Below, in pieces: positions 55,316-64,000 of a DNA stretch of 64,000 bases. The stretch comes from Anaerorhabdus sp. (GTDB lineage Bacteria; Bacillota_I; Bacilli_A; Erysipelotrichales; Erysipelotrichaceae): the NCBI RefSeq assembly GCF_036637135.1, contig NZ_JAVWNC010000003.1, forward strand, positions 1,024 through 65,023, read 5' to 3'. The translations under genes were made by a program, and so were the position numbers. Under the pieces are notes generated by a model. The model made no database searches, was not told the origin of the DNA, and saw only the letters and a list, made by a program, of their open reading frames with translations. Numbering within the stretch: position 1 is the first letter of the stretch; every line of letters starts with the position of its first letter.

Positions 55316-56677
55316 ATGAATTATAGTGAACTAAGACAAATATATCCAAACTTTGTATATCGTGATTTTCATATTGAAGAGAATGATAACGAGTTTAAAA
55401 TAACTTATGATTTTGAGATTGAAGGTCTTGAAGCTTTCAACCCGACTTATAGCATTCCAAAAAGAGGGACGCAATCTTTTCATGATAAGAGAATTGTTCG
55501 TGAATTGGTTTTTTCGCTTGGATTAGTAGAATGTATTAGTTATTGGAAAATAACATGTTCTCCTAATTTGATAATTCAATGTGGGGCATTAAATCATGAA
55601 CAAATTCAATGGTGGAAGAAGTTATACTTCCATGGATTAGGAGAGTTCTTTTATATCAATCAAATTAATCCAAAGTTTGACGATTTTGTATCAATACAGA
55701 GCGTAGGGGATAAGATTAGTGGAAATCATCTTATTCAAAACTATGATGGTCAACTTGTACCAGTTGGTGGTGGTAAGGATTCTTTTGTTTCTCTTGAAAT
55801 CTTAAAATCACTTTATGATCAAAATGATGCTTTTGTTATTAATAAAGTAATGTCTGCAATTCATGCAAGTGAAGCGGCAGGATACAAAGATAAATTAATT
55901 TATGTAAGTAGAACATTGGATCCTAGAATGTTAGAACTGAACAAAAAAGGATACTTAAATGGTCACACTCCTTTTTCAGCAATGGTAGCCTTTGCATCGA
56001 CTCTTGCAGCAGTATTGAATCAAAAAAGATATATTTGTTTATCAAATGAAGCTAGTGCAAATGAATCAACGGTATTAAATGATACGGTAAATCATCAATA
56101 TTCTAAGAGTTATGAGTTTGAAAAAGACTTCAATGAGTATAGTCAAAAATATTTACTACCCGAGATAGAATATTTTAGTTTATTAAGACCATTATCTGAA
56201 CTTCAAATTGCAAAGATATTTTCTTTAACACCACAATATCATTCGGTATTTAAGAGTTGTAATGTGGGTAGTAAACAAGAAATTTGGTGTTGTCATTGTG
56301 CGAAGTGTTTATTTGTATACTTATTAATGGCTGCCTATTTAAGCGATGAAGAGTGTATTTCAATATTTAAAGAAGATATGTTAAATAATGCAGAGTTATT
56401 TCCGATATTCATGGAGCTATGTGGGTTAAGTGAAAACAAGCCATTTGAGTGTGTAGGAACACGTGAGGAAGTTGTAAGTGCAATTAGTTTAGGTATTGAA
56501 CAACGTCTACAAACAAATCAAAAGCTTGGAATCCTTTATCAAATGTATTTAGAAAAAGTAGGTGCAATTGATTTAGTATCATTAAATGATATTAAAGAAG
56601 AATGGAATGGGGAACATCAAATCCCTGAACATTTATTACAATTAGTTAAAAATAAAGTTGAGGAATCATTCAAATGA
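55316..56677 (+). CDS. PP-loop (adenine nucleotide alpha-hydrolase-like) protein, candidate MurL-type UDP-MurNAc-L-Ala-L-Glu epimerase
   Basis: PP-loop-like PVGGGKDS (55763-55783). Cys cluster WCCHCAKC (56284-56307). Also NHQYSKS and KPFECVG blocks. 453 aa. ATGA overlap with the downstream MurD-family ligase gene. Confidence 0.45.
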   Translation: MNYSELRQIYPNFVYRDFHIEENDNEFKITYDFEIEGLEAFNPTYSIPKRGTQSFHDKRIVRELVFSLGLVECISYWKITCSPNLIIQCGALNHEQIQWWKKLYFHGLGEFFYINQINPKFDDFVSIQSVGDKISGNHLIQNYDGQLVPVGGGKDSFVSLEILKSLYDQNDAFVINKVMSAIHASEAAGYKDKLIYVSRTLDPRMLELNKKGYLNGHTPFSAMVAFASTLAAVLNQKRYICLSNEASANESTVLNDTVNHQYSKSYEFEKDFNEYSQKYLLPEIEYFSLLRPLSELQIAKIFSLTPQYHSVFKSCNVGSKQEIWCCHCAKCLFVYLLMAAYLSDEECISIFKEDMLNNAELFPIFMELCGLSENKPFECVGTREEVVSAISLGIEQRLQTNQKLGILYQMYLEKVGAIDLVSLNDIKEEWNGEHQIPEHLLQLVKNKVEESFK

Positions 56678-57990
56678 TAAGTAATGAAATTAAGAACGAG
56701 TTTGAAGGTAAAAAAATCGCTATTTGGGGATTTGGTTTAGAAGGTAAATCAACTTTCAATTTTATTAGAAGTATTTTACAAAATCAATTAATCACAATTA
56801 TTGATGATAAAGAAATTTATCTCGATGATATAAATTGTGAAATTAAACTAACACAAGATACCAGTTTTGATGAATATGATTTAATAATGAAAAGTCCGGG
56901 TATTGTGATTACAGATGATCATTTTCCATTTGATAAATTAAGTAGTCAGTCTCAAATTTTTCTTAAATACTATAAGAAACAAACAATTGGAATTACAGGT
57001 ACTAAAGGAAAAAGCACAACAAGCTCGCTTTTGTATCACGTATTAAGTCGTGGTTATAGTTCAGTTTTTTTAGTAGGGAATATTGGTGTTCCTTGTTTCA
57101 ATATTATTCATGATTTGAAAGAGGATTCAATTGTCGTTTTTGAGATATCATGTCATCAATTAGAGTATGCAAAAGATTCACCACATATTGGAGTTCTTTT
57201 GAATCTATTTGAAGAACATTTGGATCATTATGGTACTTTCGAAAAATATTGTGCAGCAAAGGAAAATGTATTCTTGCATCAAGAGTCGGATGATATTGCG
57301 ATTATTAATGCTAACTGCATTGATCAAATAAATAAAGCAAAACATCCCCTCCTTGCGTCAATGGATGAAACTGGAGATATTTATGCAATTGAAAATAAAT
57401 TGGTTAATTCTATTGGCACATTGATAGTTGATACGACCCGTGTTTCATTAATTGGACACCACAATTACTACAATATGGCGATTGTATATGCAATAGCATC
57501 GAACTATTTTGATATAAGCAATCAAGATTTCTTAGAAGCAATCGCAACATTTCAAACGTTAAAACATCGATTAGAAAATATTGGAGTTCATAATGGGATA
57601 CGGTATATTGATGATTCCATATCAACGATTTGTCAATCAACAATACAAGCAATTACTTCGTTGAATGATGTAGATACTGTGTTAGTAGGTGGATTAGATC
57701 GAGGTATAGATTATGATGAACTTATTGATTTTTTGATTGAAAAAAAAGTTCCGCATGTCATCTTTATGTATGCATCAGGTGAAAGAATGTTTGGTTTATG
57801 GACTGATCGTACAGAAAGAGAAGCGATATGGGTAAAGGATTTAAAGGATGCAGTAGGGCTTGCGAAGAAGATTACGTCTCCAGGTAAATCATGTTTGTTA
57901 TCACCAGCTTCGGCAAGCTATGGATACTTCAAAAACTTTGAAGAACGTGGAGATGTATTTAAAGAATTGGTAGAAAATAATGAAATATAA
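56674..57990 (+). CDS. murD: Mur ligase, MurD family (UDP-MurNAc-L-Ala:glutamate ligase; D- versus L-Glu specificity open)
   Basis: N-terminal Rossmann IWGFGLEGKS, P-loop GITGTKGKSTT, LNLFEEHLDHYG, C-terminal SPASASYGYFKNFEERG. Not located in the dcw cluster. Confidence 0.8.
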   Translation: MISNEIKNEFEGKKIAIWGFGLEGKSTFNFIRSILQNQLITIIDDKEIYLDDINCEIKLTQDTSFDEYDLIMKSPGIVITDDHFPFDKLSSQSQIFLKYYKKQTIGITGTKGKSTTSSLLYHVLSRGYSSVFLVGNIGVPCFNIIHDLKEDSIVVFEISCHQLEYAKDSPHIGVLLNLFEEHLDHYGTFEKYCAAKENVFLHQESDDIAIINANCIDQINKAKHPLLASMDETGDIYAIENKLVNSIGTLIVDTTRVSLIGHHNYYNMAIVYAIASNYFDISNQDFLEAIATFQTLKHRLENIGVHNGIRYIDDSISTICQSTIQAITSLNDVDTVLVGGLDRGIDYDELIDFLIEKKVPHVIFMYASGERMFGLWTDRTEREAIWVKDLKDAVGLAKKITSPGKSCLLSPASASYGYFKNFEERGDVFKELVENNEI

Positions 57991-59569
57991 AAAAATAGAT
58001 GTAGATGCATCAAAAATTGAAGAACAATATAAAACCAGCACACTTGTAAGCAAGGTGTTGGCTTTTCGTGAATGTAATGATGATCAAATAAAACAATTAC
58101 TAGATCATCCGATAAAACTAACAGAGAACTCATCTGAAATATTGAAACTTGTGTGTGAACGAATACAACAAGCAAAAACAAACAATGAAAAAATATTTGT
58201 TGGTGGAGATTATGATGCTGATGGATTATGTGCTACATCAATTATGGTAGACACGCTTACAATTTTAGGTATTGAAAATGGATATTATATTCCAAATCGA
58301 TTTAAGGAAGGTTATGGATTACATCCAAATATTGTGCAACTTGCTTATGATAAAGGTTATAAAATTATAATTACTGTTGATAATGGTGTTAAAGCTTACG
58401 AAGCCTTAGAAAAAGCAAAACAATTAGGGATTGAAGTCATTATCATGGATCATCATGAAATTGAAGAGAAACCACAATGCACATATTGTTTACATCCAGA
58501 TTACTTTGATGAACCCTTTAAGGGATTGTCAGGAGCTGGTGTAACGTTACAAGTTGCAAATCAATTGATAGGTGCTAATCCAAAACACATTGCTTTAGCT
58601 TGTGTTGCAACTATGGGAGATATTATGAACCTATGGGGTGAAAACCGAATTATTGTTCGACTTGGCTTAGAGATTATTAATCAACATTTAGTACCACATC
58701 TAGATGCATTGTTGGATACAACTACAGTTGTAACGGAAAAAGATATCGCATATCAAGTCGTACCAAAGTTAAATGCTGTGGGAAGACTACAAGAAGTCGC
58801 AAATCCAAATAATGTAGTAAAATTCTTTCTACAAAATAACCCAACTGAAATTAAACAATTCGCAATGCAAATGAATGAATTAAACAATCAAAGAAAACAA
58901 ATAACTTTACAAATGAATGTCTTAGCTGAAAAGAAAAATTTAGATGATGATTTTATCATAGTTTCTGATGAACGTTTCCATGAGGGATTAGTTGGTCTAG
59001 TTGCAGGTAAACTTGCGAACAAATATCACAAACCTTCGCTAGTCTTTTGTGAAATGGATGAAGTGGTTAAGGGTAGTGGTAGAACTGCGAATGGATTCGA
59101 TTTATATAGTTTCTTTCAAAATGGATTTGAAGAGGAATTCGTGAACTTTGGTGGTCATAGTGGCGCAATCGGATGCACTGTCAAAAAAGATAAATTTGAA
59201 CAATTCAAACAAAAGATAAAGAATAAATTCGCAAATATTGACATACAAGAAGAATCATATGAAACTGCTTGTGTTATTCATGAATCTGACTTATCTTTAT
59301 CCGCAATTACTGAATATCTAAGTCTTGCGCCATTTGGGCAAGGATTCAATGAGGTTGTATTTGCAATAGAAGGCTTGAAAATTAAGAAGACACAATTAAT
59401 TAAACAAAAGTTCTTAAAAATTCAATTTGAAAATAACATTGAGGCCATTTGGTTTGAAGTAGATCCAAGTGTTAATGTAGAAAAATTAAAGACTGTGTAT
59501 GGAGAGTGCACAATCAATGACTTTTTAGGACGTAAAAAGTGTTCGTTAATTGTTAAAACAATAGAATAA
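57980..59569 (+). CDS. recJ: Single-stranded-DNA-specific exonuclease RecJ (short form)
   Basis: DHH motifs GGDYDADG, DNG and MDHHE. DHHA1 GGHSGAIG. Overlaps the murD stop by 11 nt. Confidence 0.85.
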   Translation: MKYKKIDVDASKIEEQYKTSTLVSKVLAFRECNDDQIKQLLDHPIKLTENSSEILKLVCERIQQAKTNNEKIFVGGDYDADGLCATSIMVDTLTILGIENGYYIPNRFKEGYGLHPNIVQLAYDKGYKIIITVDNGVKAYEALEKAKQLGIEVIIMDHHEIEEKPQCTYCLHPDYFDEPFKGLSGAGVTLQVANQLIGANPKHIALACVATMGDIMNLWGENRIIVRLGLEIINQHLVPHLDALLDTTTVVTEKDIAYQVVPKLNAVGRLQEVANPNNVVKFFLQNNPTEIKQFAMQMNELNNQRKQITLQMNVLAEKKNLDDDFIIVSDERFHEGLVGLVAGKLANKYHKPSLVFCEMDEVVKGSGRTANGFDLYSFFQNGFEEEFVNFGGHSGAIGCTVKKDKFEQFKQKIKNKFANIDIQEESYETACVIHESDLSLSAITEYLSLAPFGQGFNEVVFAIEGLKIKKTQLIKQKFLKIQFENNIEAIWFEVDPSVNVEKLKTVYGECTINDFLGRKKCSLIVKTIE

Positions 59570-59617
59570 GTATTTATAATAGTGTATAATTGTACTGTTA
59601 ATTAGGAGGCACAATCA

Positions 59618-60133
59618 ATGGATTTAAAAAAATATATTGCAGAGATTCCAAATTTCCCTATCGAAGGGGTACTGTTTCGTGACATCACACCATTAATGAA
59701 TGATGGAGAAGCATTTTTTGAAGCTACACGTTTAATTGAAGAGTTTGCCTTAAAATGTGGTGCAGAAATTATTGTAGGTCCTGAATCAAGAGGGTTTATC
59801 TTTGGATGTCCTGTTGCAGTAAATATGAAAATTGGATTTGTACCAGTTCGTAAACCTGGTAAACTTCCTCGTAAAACGATTAGCTATAAATATGACCTAG
59901 AATATGGTTCAAATGAATTACACATGCATGCAGACTCAATTAAAAAAGGACAAAAAGTTCTTATTGTTGATGATTTGTTAGCGACTGGTGGTACTGTTGA
60001 GGCAACAATTAAACTTGTTGAAGAAATGGGCGGAGAAGTTGTTGGATGTGCATTCTTAATTGAATTATTAGGTTTAGAGGGTCGTAAGGCATTGGGTAAT
60101 TATAATGTCTTTACGGTTATGTCTTATGAATAA
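59618..60133 (+). CDS. apt: Adenine phosphoribosyltransferase
   Basis: [18 protein letters not shown] motif [13 protein letters not shown]. Confidence 0.95.
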   Translation: MDLKKYIAEIPNFPIEGVLFRDITPLMNDGEAFFEATRLIEEFALKCGAEIIVGPESRGFIFGCPVAVNMKIGFVPVRKPGKLPRKTISYKYDLEYGSNELHMHADSIKKGQKVLIVDDLLATGGTVEATIKLVEEMGGEVVGCAFLIELLGLEGRKALGNYNVFTVMSYE

Positions 60134-60138
60134 ATAAT

Positions 60139-60162
60139 CGAAGAGGAATCTTCGGTTTTTTT
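60139..60162 (+). terminator. apt terminator
   Basis: CGAAGA-GGAA-TCTTCG followed by GTTTTTTT. Confidence 0.75.
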
Positions 60163-60182
60163 ACAAGAAAGGAGGAACCAAT

Positions 60183-62393
60183 ATGTCAACTAATACTACT
60201 AAAATGGTGACAAAAGATGATATTTTAAATGCTTCAAAAGAGTATATTCATAATGAAGAAAGTTTAAGAATTATCGCGAAGTCAATTGATTATGCAACTG
60301 AAAAACATGATGGACAGTTTCGTAAAAGTGGTGAGCCATATATTATACATGCATTAAATGTAGGATATATTTTAGCTGTGCTTCATTGTGGACCAAGAAC
60401 AATAGCTGCAGGGTTATTGCATGATGTGTTAGAAGACTGTGATGTTCCTCGTGAAGAATTAGTAAGACAATTTGATGAAGAAGTAACTGGACTTGTTGAA
60501 AGTGTTACCAAGATTGGTAATATTCAATTCAAGGATGAGAAGGAATATTTAGCTGCCAATCACCGTAAGATATTTATTGCGATGGCAAGAGATATTCGTG
60601 TTATTTTAATTAAACTTGTGGATCGTTTGCACAATATGCGCACACTTCAATACATGCCAGAAGAAAAACAAAAACGAATCGCAGCAGAAACATTAGAAGT
60701 TTATGCACCAATTGCGCATCGTTTAGGTATTAGTGAAATCAAGAATGAATTAGAAGATTTAAGTTTCTTTTATCTGGATCGGGATATGTATTATCAAATT
60801 GCACATCTTGTTGAAGCAAAAAAAGCGGAACGTGATGAGCAAGTAAAACATATGATTCAAGATATATCAGACTTATTAACTTTAAATAAGATTGAGTTTA
60901 GAATATTTGGTCGTAGTAAACATTTGTATAGTATTTACAAAAAAATGAAAACCAAAGGGAAACGATTCGAAGAAATACTAGATTTATTGGCAATTCGTAT
61001 AGTTACAAAAACGGAATTAAACTGTTATGAAATATTAGGACATATTCATGCAACTTATCGACCAATACCGGGTAGGTTAAAAGATTATGTTGCGATGCCT
61101 AAGATGAACATGTATCAATCACTTCATACGACAATCGTTGGTGATGAGGGTAGAATCTTTGAAGTACAAATACGAACAGAGAACATGGACTCTATTGCTG
61201 AACAAGGGGTTGCTGCTCACTGGCGATACAAAGAAGGTTCTAAATATGATTCTCGTCGTGAACAAAAAGAAATTGAAGAAAAATTAACATGGTTCAAAGA
61301 CTTTGCAAATTTAACCAATGAACAAGAAGAAGACAGTCCTGTTGAATATATGGATCGTCTACAAAAAGATGTCTTTGAAGCCAATGTATATGTTATGACA
61401 CCAAATGGTCGAGTTATTGATTTGCCAAATGGTTCGACACCAATTGACTTTGCATATCGTGTTCATACCGAAGTTGGACACGCATGTGTAGGTGCAATTG
61501 TTAATGAAACATTGGTACCATTAAATACAGTCCTTAAAACAGGGGATGTCGTACAAATTAGGACATCCAAGCAATTCCCTGGACCAAGTGAAGACTGGTT
61601 GAAAGTAGTTAAAACTAATCAAGCAAAGAGTAAGATCAAGTCTTATTTGATGCGTAAAGAAGTAGAACGTCGTGAAGAAAAGGTTGAAGTTGGTGAAGGA
61701 ATCCTTCGAGATGAATTACGTAAGCGCGGTTTTGATGATAAAGAATTCATGGAAAAGAAGAAAATAGAAGCAATTTTCCAACAATTCCAAGTTAGTAGTT
61801 ATGTGGATTTTATGTATGCAATCGCGGTTAAGTCAATCTCACCTCAAAATGTTGTGGAAAAACTTACCAACCAAAAACGTAGCGTGCTGGAAACCAATGC
61901 ATTGTCGAGAATTTTAAATCGTGAACATACGCCAAAAAAGACAACATCGAAATCAGGATTAAAAGTGTCTGGTGTTGATTCGATGATGATGTCACTTGCA
62001 GGGTGTTGTAATCCTGTGTATGGGGATGAAATCATTGGATATATAACAAAAGGACAAGGAGTTAAGGTTCATCGAAAAGATTGTCCAAATATTCAAGGCG
62101 CAAAGAGTCGACTTATTGAAGTTGAATGGGATGATAATATCTCAAGACAACAATATGAGGCTAATTTAACTTGTTTATCACACGATCGTAATTTCTTAAT
62201 TACTGATATTGTGACTGTCGTGTCTCAATGTAAAGCTAATTTAATGGGAATCAACTCAGTTGTAAATAGTGAAGATTTGACCGCAACGACAAAAATGAAT
62301 ATACTAGTAGATGATATTGAACATTTACAAAATGTCATTGCTAACTTAAAAAAGGTCAATAGTGTCATTTCTGTAGAAAGACAGATATTATAG
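60183..62393 (+). CDS. relA: Bifunctional (p)ppGpp synthetase/hydrolase (long RSH, Rel)
   Basis: HD hydrolase domain (HDVLEDC), synthetase domain (YQSLHTTI...EVQIRT), then TGS, CC (CCNPVYGDEI) and ACT domains. Confidence 0.95.
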   Translation: MSTNTTKMVTKDDILNASKEYIHNEESLRIIAKSIDYATEKHDGQFRKSGEPYIIHALNVGYILAVLHCGPRTIAAGLLHDVLEDCDVPREELVRQFDEEVTGLVESVTKIGNIQFKDEKEYLAANHRKIFIAMARDIRVILIKLVDRLHNMRTLQYMPEEKQKRIAAETLEVYAPIAHRLGISEIKNELEDLSFFYLDRDMYYQIAHLVEAKKAERDEQVKHMIQDISDLLTLNKIEFRIFGRSKHLYSIYKKMKTKGKRFEEILDLLAIRIVTKTELNCYEILGHIHATYRPIPGRLKDYVAMPKMNMYQSLHTTIVGDEGRIFEVQIRTENMDSIAEQGVAAHWRYKEGSKYDSRREQKEIEEKLTWFKDFANLTNEQEEDSPVEYMDRLQKDVFEANVYVMTPNGRVIDLPNGSTPIDFAYRVHTEVGHACVGAIVNETLVPLNTVLKTGDVVQIRTSKQFPGPSEDWLKVVKTNQAKSKIKSYLMRKEVERREEKVEVGEGILRDELRKRGFDDKEFMEKKKIEAIFQQFQVSSYVDFMYAIAVKSISPQNVVEKLTNQKRSVLETNALSRILNREHTPKKTTSKSGLKVSGVDSMMMSLAGCCNPVYGDEIIGYITKGQGVKVHRKDCPNIQGAKSRLIEVEWDDNISRQQYEANLTCLSHDRNFLITDIVTVVSQCKANLMGINSVVNSEDLTATTKMNILVDDIEHLQNVIANLKKVNSVISVERQIL

Positions 62394-62403
62394 GAGAAGA
62401 TAT

Positions 62404-62853
62404 ATGAAAAAATTAATCGCAATTGCGTTAGTTGCACTTGTACTTGCAGGTTGTTCAACTGGTGGAGCTAAAACACAAACTTTAGCATGTAAGCAAGAAG
62501 CTGAAGGTGCTTCAATGGATTCGACATTTACATTTACTGATGCTGGTTTAACATCACTTAAACAAACAACAGTCATTGCAATCCCAGAAGACCAAAAAGA
62601 TAGCATTGATTCAATTACTACTGCATTAGATGCTTCAAAAGAGCAAATTAATGCAATTGATGGAGCAACTTATGAGTATTCAGTAAATGAAACTGCTGCA
62701 ACAATTACAGTAACTTACGATGTTACAAAAATGGATGATGAAACTTTATTAGGTTTTGGTTTCACTGACGATATGAAAGTTGATGGAAAATTCAACATCG
62801 ATAAAATCGCTGAAACATACAAAGCAATTAACATCAATTGCGAAGTTAAATAA
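62404..62853 (+). CDS. DUF1307 (YehR-like) lipoprotein
   Basis: Lipobox VLAGCST. A small acidic domain of about 130 aa. Family call by resemblance only. Confidence 0.55.
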   Translation: MKKLIAIALVALVLAGCSTGGAKTQTLACKQEAEGASMDSTFTFTDAGLTSLKQTTVIAIPEDQKDSIDSITTALDASKEQINAIDGATYEYSVNETAATITVTYDVTKMDDETLLGFGFTDDMKVDGKFNIDKIAETYKAININCEVK

Positions 62854-62904
62854 TACTTGTTTCATAAAAAAAGAAGTGATATAGTAATATAAATTCTAAG
62901 ATAA

Positions 62905-63106
62905 AGAGGTTATTTGGAAGAACTATTATAGAGAAAGAAACACATGGTGAAAGTTTCTATAGTTTTATAAATAATTGACACTTTTGAGAAGTATTTCTGA
63001 ACTAAGTAGGAGATATCGTATTCCGCGTTAAGGATTTAAGTGCATGGAAACATGAACTAAGGTGGTACCACGTAATTAAGCGTCCTTAGATTAGGGCGCT
63101 TTTTAT
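62905..63106 (+). promoter_or_regulatory. T-box leader (His specifier) controlling hisS
   Basis: AG-bulge AGAGA (62930), distal loop TGGTGAAAG (62945), His codon CAC (62979-62981) in the specifier-loop position, AGTA (63005), CCGCGTTA (63023), T-box core GGTGGTACCACG (63061-63072), and terminator AGCGTCCT/AGGGCGCT plus TTTT (63079-63104). Confidence 0.9.
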
Positions 63107-63132
63107 ATTCTAAAAAAGAAGGAGGAGAAATA

Positions 63133-64000
63133 ATGGCTTATCAAACAGCAAGAGGAACGTATGATATTTTAGCAACTGAGGTAAATCGTTGGCATCAAGT
63201 AGAAGATTTGATTCAAACTCTTTGTACTTTATATGACTACAAAGAAATAAGAACACCAATCTTTGAAGATACGAGTGTATTTAAAAGAGAAAATGACAGT
63301 TCTGATATGGTGAATAAAGAAATGTATTCATTTCAAATTAGTAGTGATTCATTGACCTTAAGACCAGAGGGGACTGCTGGTGTTGTACGTAGTTTTGTTC
63401 AACACAAATTATTTGGAAGTATGGAAATGCCTGCAAAATTTTACTATGTAGGACCTATGTTTAGATATGAACGTCCACAAAAGGGTAGGCAACGTCAATT
63501 TAATCAATTTGGTGTTGAAAACATTGGTGTTAAAAGTCCAATGGCTGATGTGGAAACAATTGCATTGGGATACACACTAGTGAAGACATTGGGTTTATCA
63601 TCAATTAAAGTATTATTAAATACATTAGGTGATGATGAAAGTAGAAATGCTTATCGCGAGGCATTAAGAGCGCATTTTAAAGACCATGTAGAAGAGTTAT
63701 GTGGAGATTGTAAACGTCGTTATGATCAAAATCCATTACGTTTACTTGACTGTAAGGTGGATAAAGATCATCCTTCGATGAAAGATGTGCCACAACTAAG
63801 TGATTATTTAACTCCTGAATCAAAAGCGTATTTTGAACAAGTTTGTGCAGGGTTAGATGCATTAGATATTCCATATGAAGTAGATCAACGACTTGTAAGA
63901 GGACTTGACTACTATACTCATACTGTATTTGAAGTCGTATCTACTCATGCTGAAGCAGGTAGTCAATCTACTATTTTTGCAGGTGGAAGATATGATGGAC
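63133..64000 (+). CDS. hisS: Histidine-tRNA ligase, N-terminal part (3' end outside window)
   Basis: ATG 63133 follows GGAGGAG. Translation is MAYQTARGTYDIL...LRPEGTAGVVRSF...GPMFRYERPQKGRQRQFNQFGVE (class II motifs 1 and 2). The frame stays open to the window end. Confidence 0.93.
   Translation, partial: MAYQTARGTYDILATEVNRWHQVEDLIQTLCTLYDYKEIRTPIFEDTSVFKRENDSSDMVNKEMYSFQISSDSLTLRPEGTAGVVRSFVQHKLFGSMEMPAKFYYVGPMFRYERPQKGRQRQFNQFGVENIGVKSPMADVETIALGYTLVKTLGLSSIKVLLNTLGDDESRNAYREALRAHFKDHVEELCGDCKRRYDQNPLRLLDCKVDKDHPSMKDVPQLSDYLTPESKAYFEQVCAGLDALDIPYEVDQRLVRGLDYYTHTVFEVVSTHAEAGSQSTIFAGGRYDG

Noticed and set aside
62941-62943. Alternative His codon CAC in the context GAAA-CAC-A within the hisS T-box leader
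   Set aside because: It lies between the AG bulge and the distal-loop GGTGAAA motif, in the apical part of stem I. The specifier must follow the distal loop, so the CAC at 62979-62981 is the better specifier candidate. Both are His codons, so the amino-acid assignment does not change.
1-64000. Searched for CRISPR arrays, IS elements/transposases, integrases, prophage genes, toxin-antitoxin pairs, and tRNA, rRNA or tmRNA genes
   Set aside because: I saw no regularly spaced repeat-spacer array. No ORF has transposase or integrase motifs. No G+C-rich structured RNA-like segment appears in the intergenic regions. The window looks like core chromosome.

Overview
This 64-kb window looks like ordinary chromosomal backbone from a low-GC Gram-positive bacterium. 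Bacillota, possibly Erysipelotrichia- or Bacilli-like, is my guess from gene content and synteny only. I saw no rRNA, tRNA, CRISPR array, transposase, integrase or prophage genes. Gene order: a YfcC-type carrier fragment, an AraC regulator, a P-type ATPase, pstSCAB-phoU, an M-box riboswitch with mgtA, a convergent PhoR/PhoP-like two-component pair, serC-serA, a secreted Cys-repeat mini-protein with an ECF sigma and anti-sigma factor, asnA, rimO, a ROK kinase, aminopeptidase AmpS, a DUF2779 nuclease, hpf, a carrier protein with ptsI, a split Alg14/Alg13-like glycosyltransferase, pyrC-K-D-F-E behind an attenuator, a LytTR/DUF3021/ABC-2 module plus an aspartate-less LytTR regulator, DUF402 and PHP genes, yebC, tagD, tmcAL, yceD-rpmF, mraZ-rsmH-ftsL-PBP2B-mraY, comN-like-secDF, a MerR regulator with an extracytoplasmic flavoprotein reductase, a PP-loop protein coupled to murD and recJ, apt, relA, a lipoprotein, and a His T-box with hisS. 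Five things merit follow-up. (1) A PP-loop ATPase-like gene is translationally coupled to a murD that has moved out of the dcw cluster, which fits a MurL/MurD2-type alternative D-Glu route. (2) PstS appears to be circularly permuted. (3) Paired 9-bp direct repeats with 12-bp spacers sit upstream of both the LytTR-DUF3021 operon and the neighbouring ABC-2 exporter operon. (4) A secreted mini-protein with four (D/E)C heptads heads an ECF sigma/anti-sigma operon. (5) The pyr leader has mutually exclusive terminator and antiterminator helices but no recognisable PyrR box. All functional calls come from reading motifs by eye. No database search was run.
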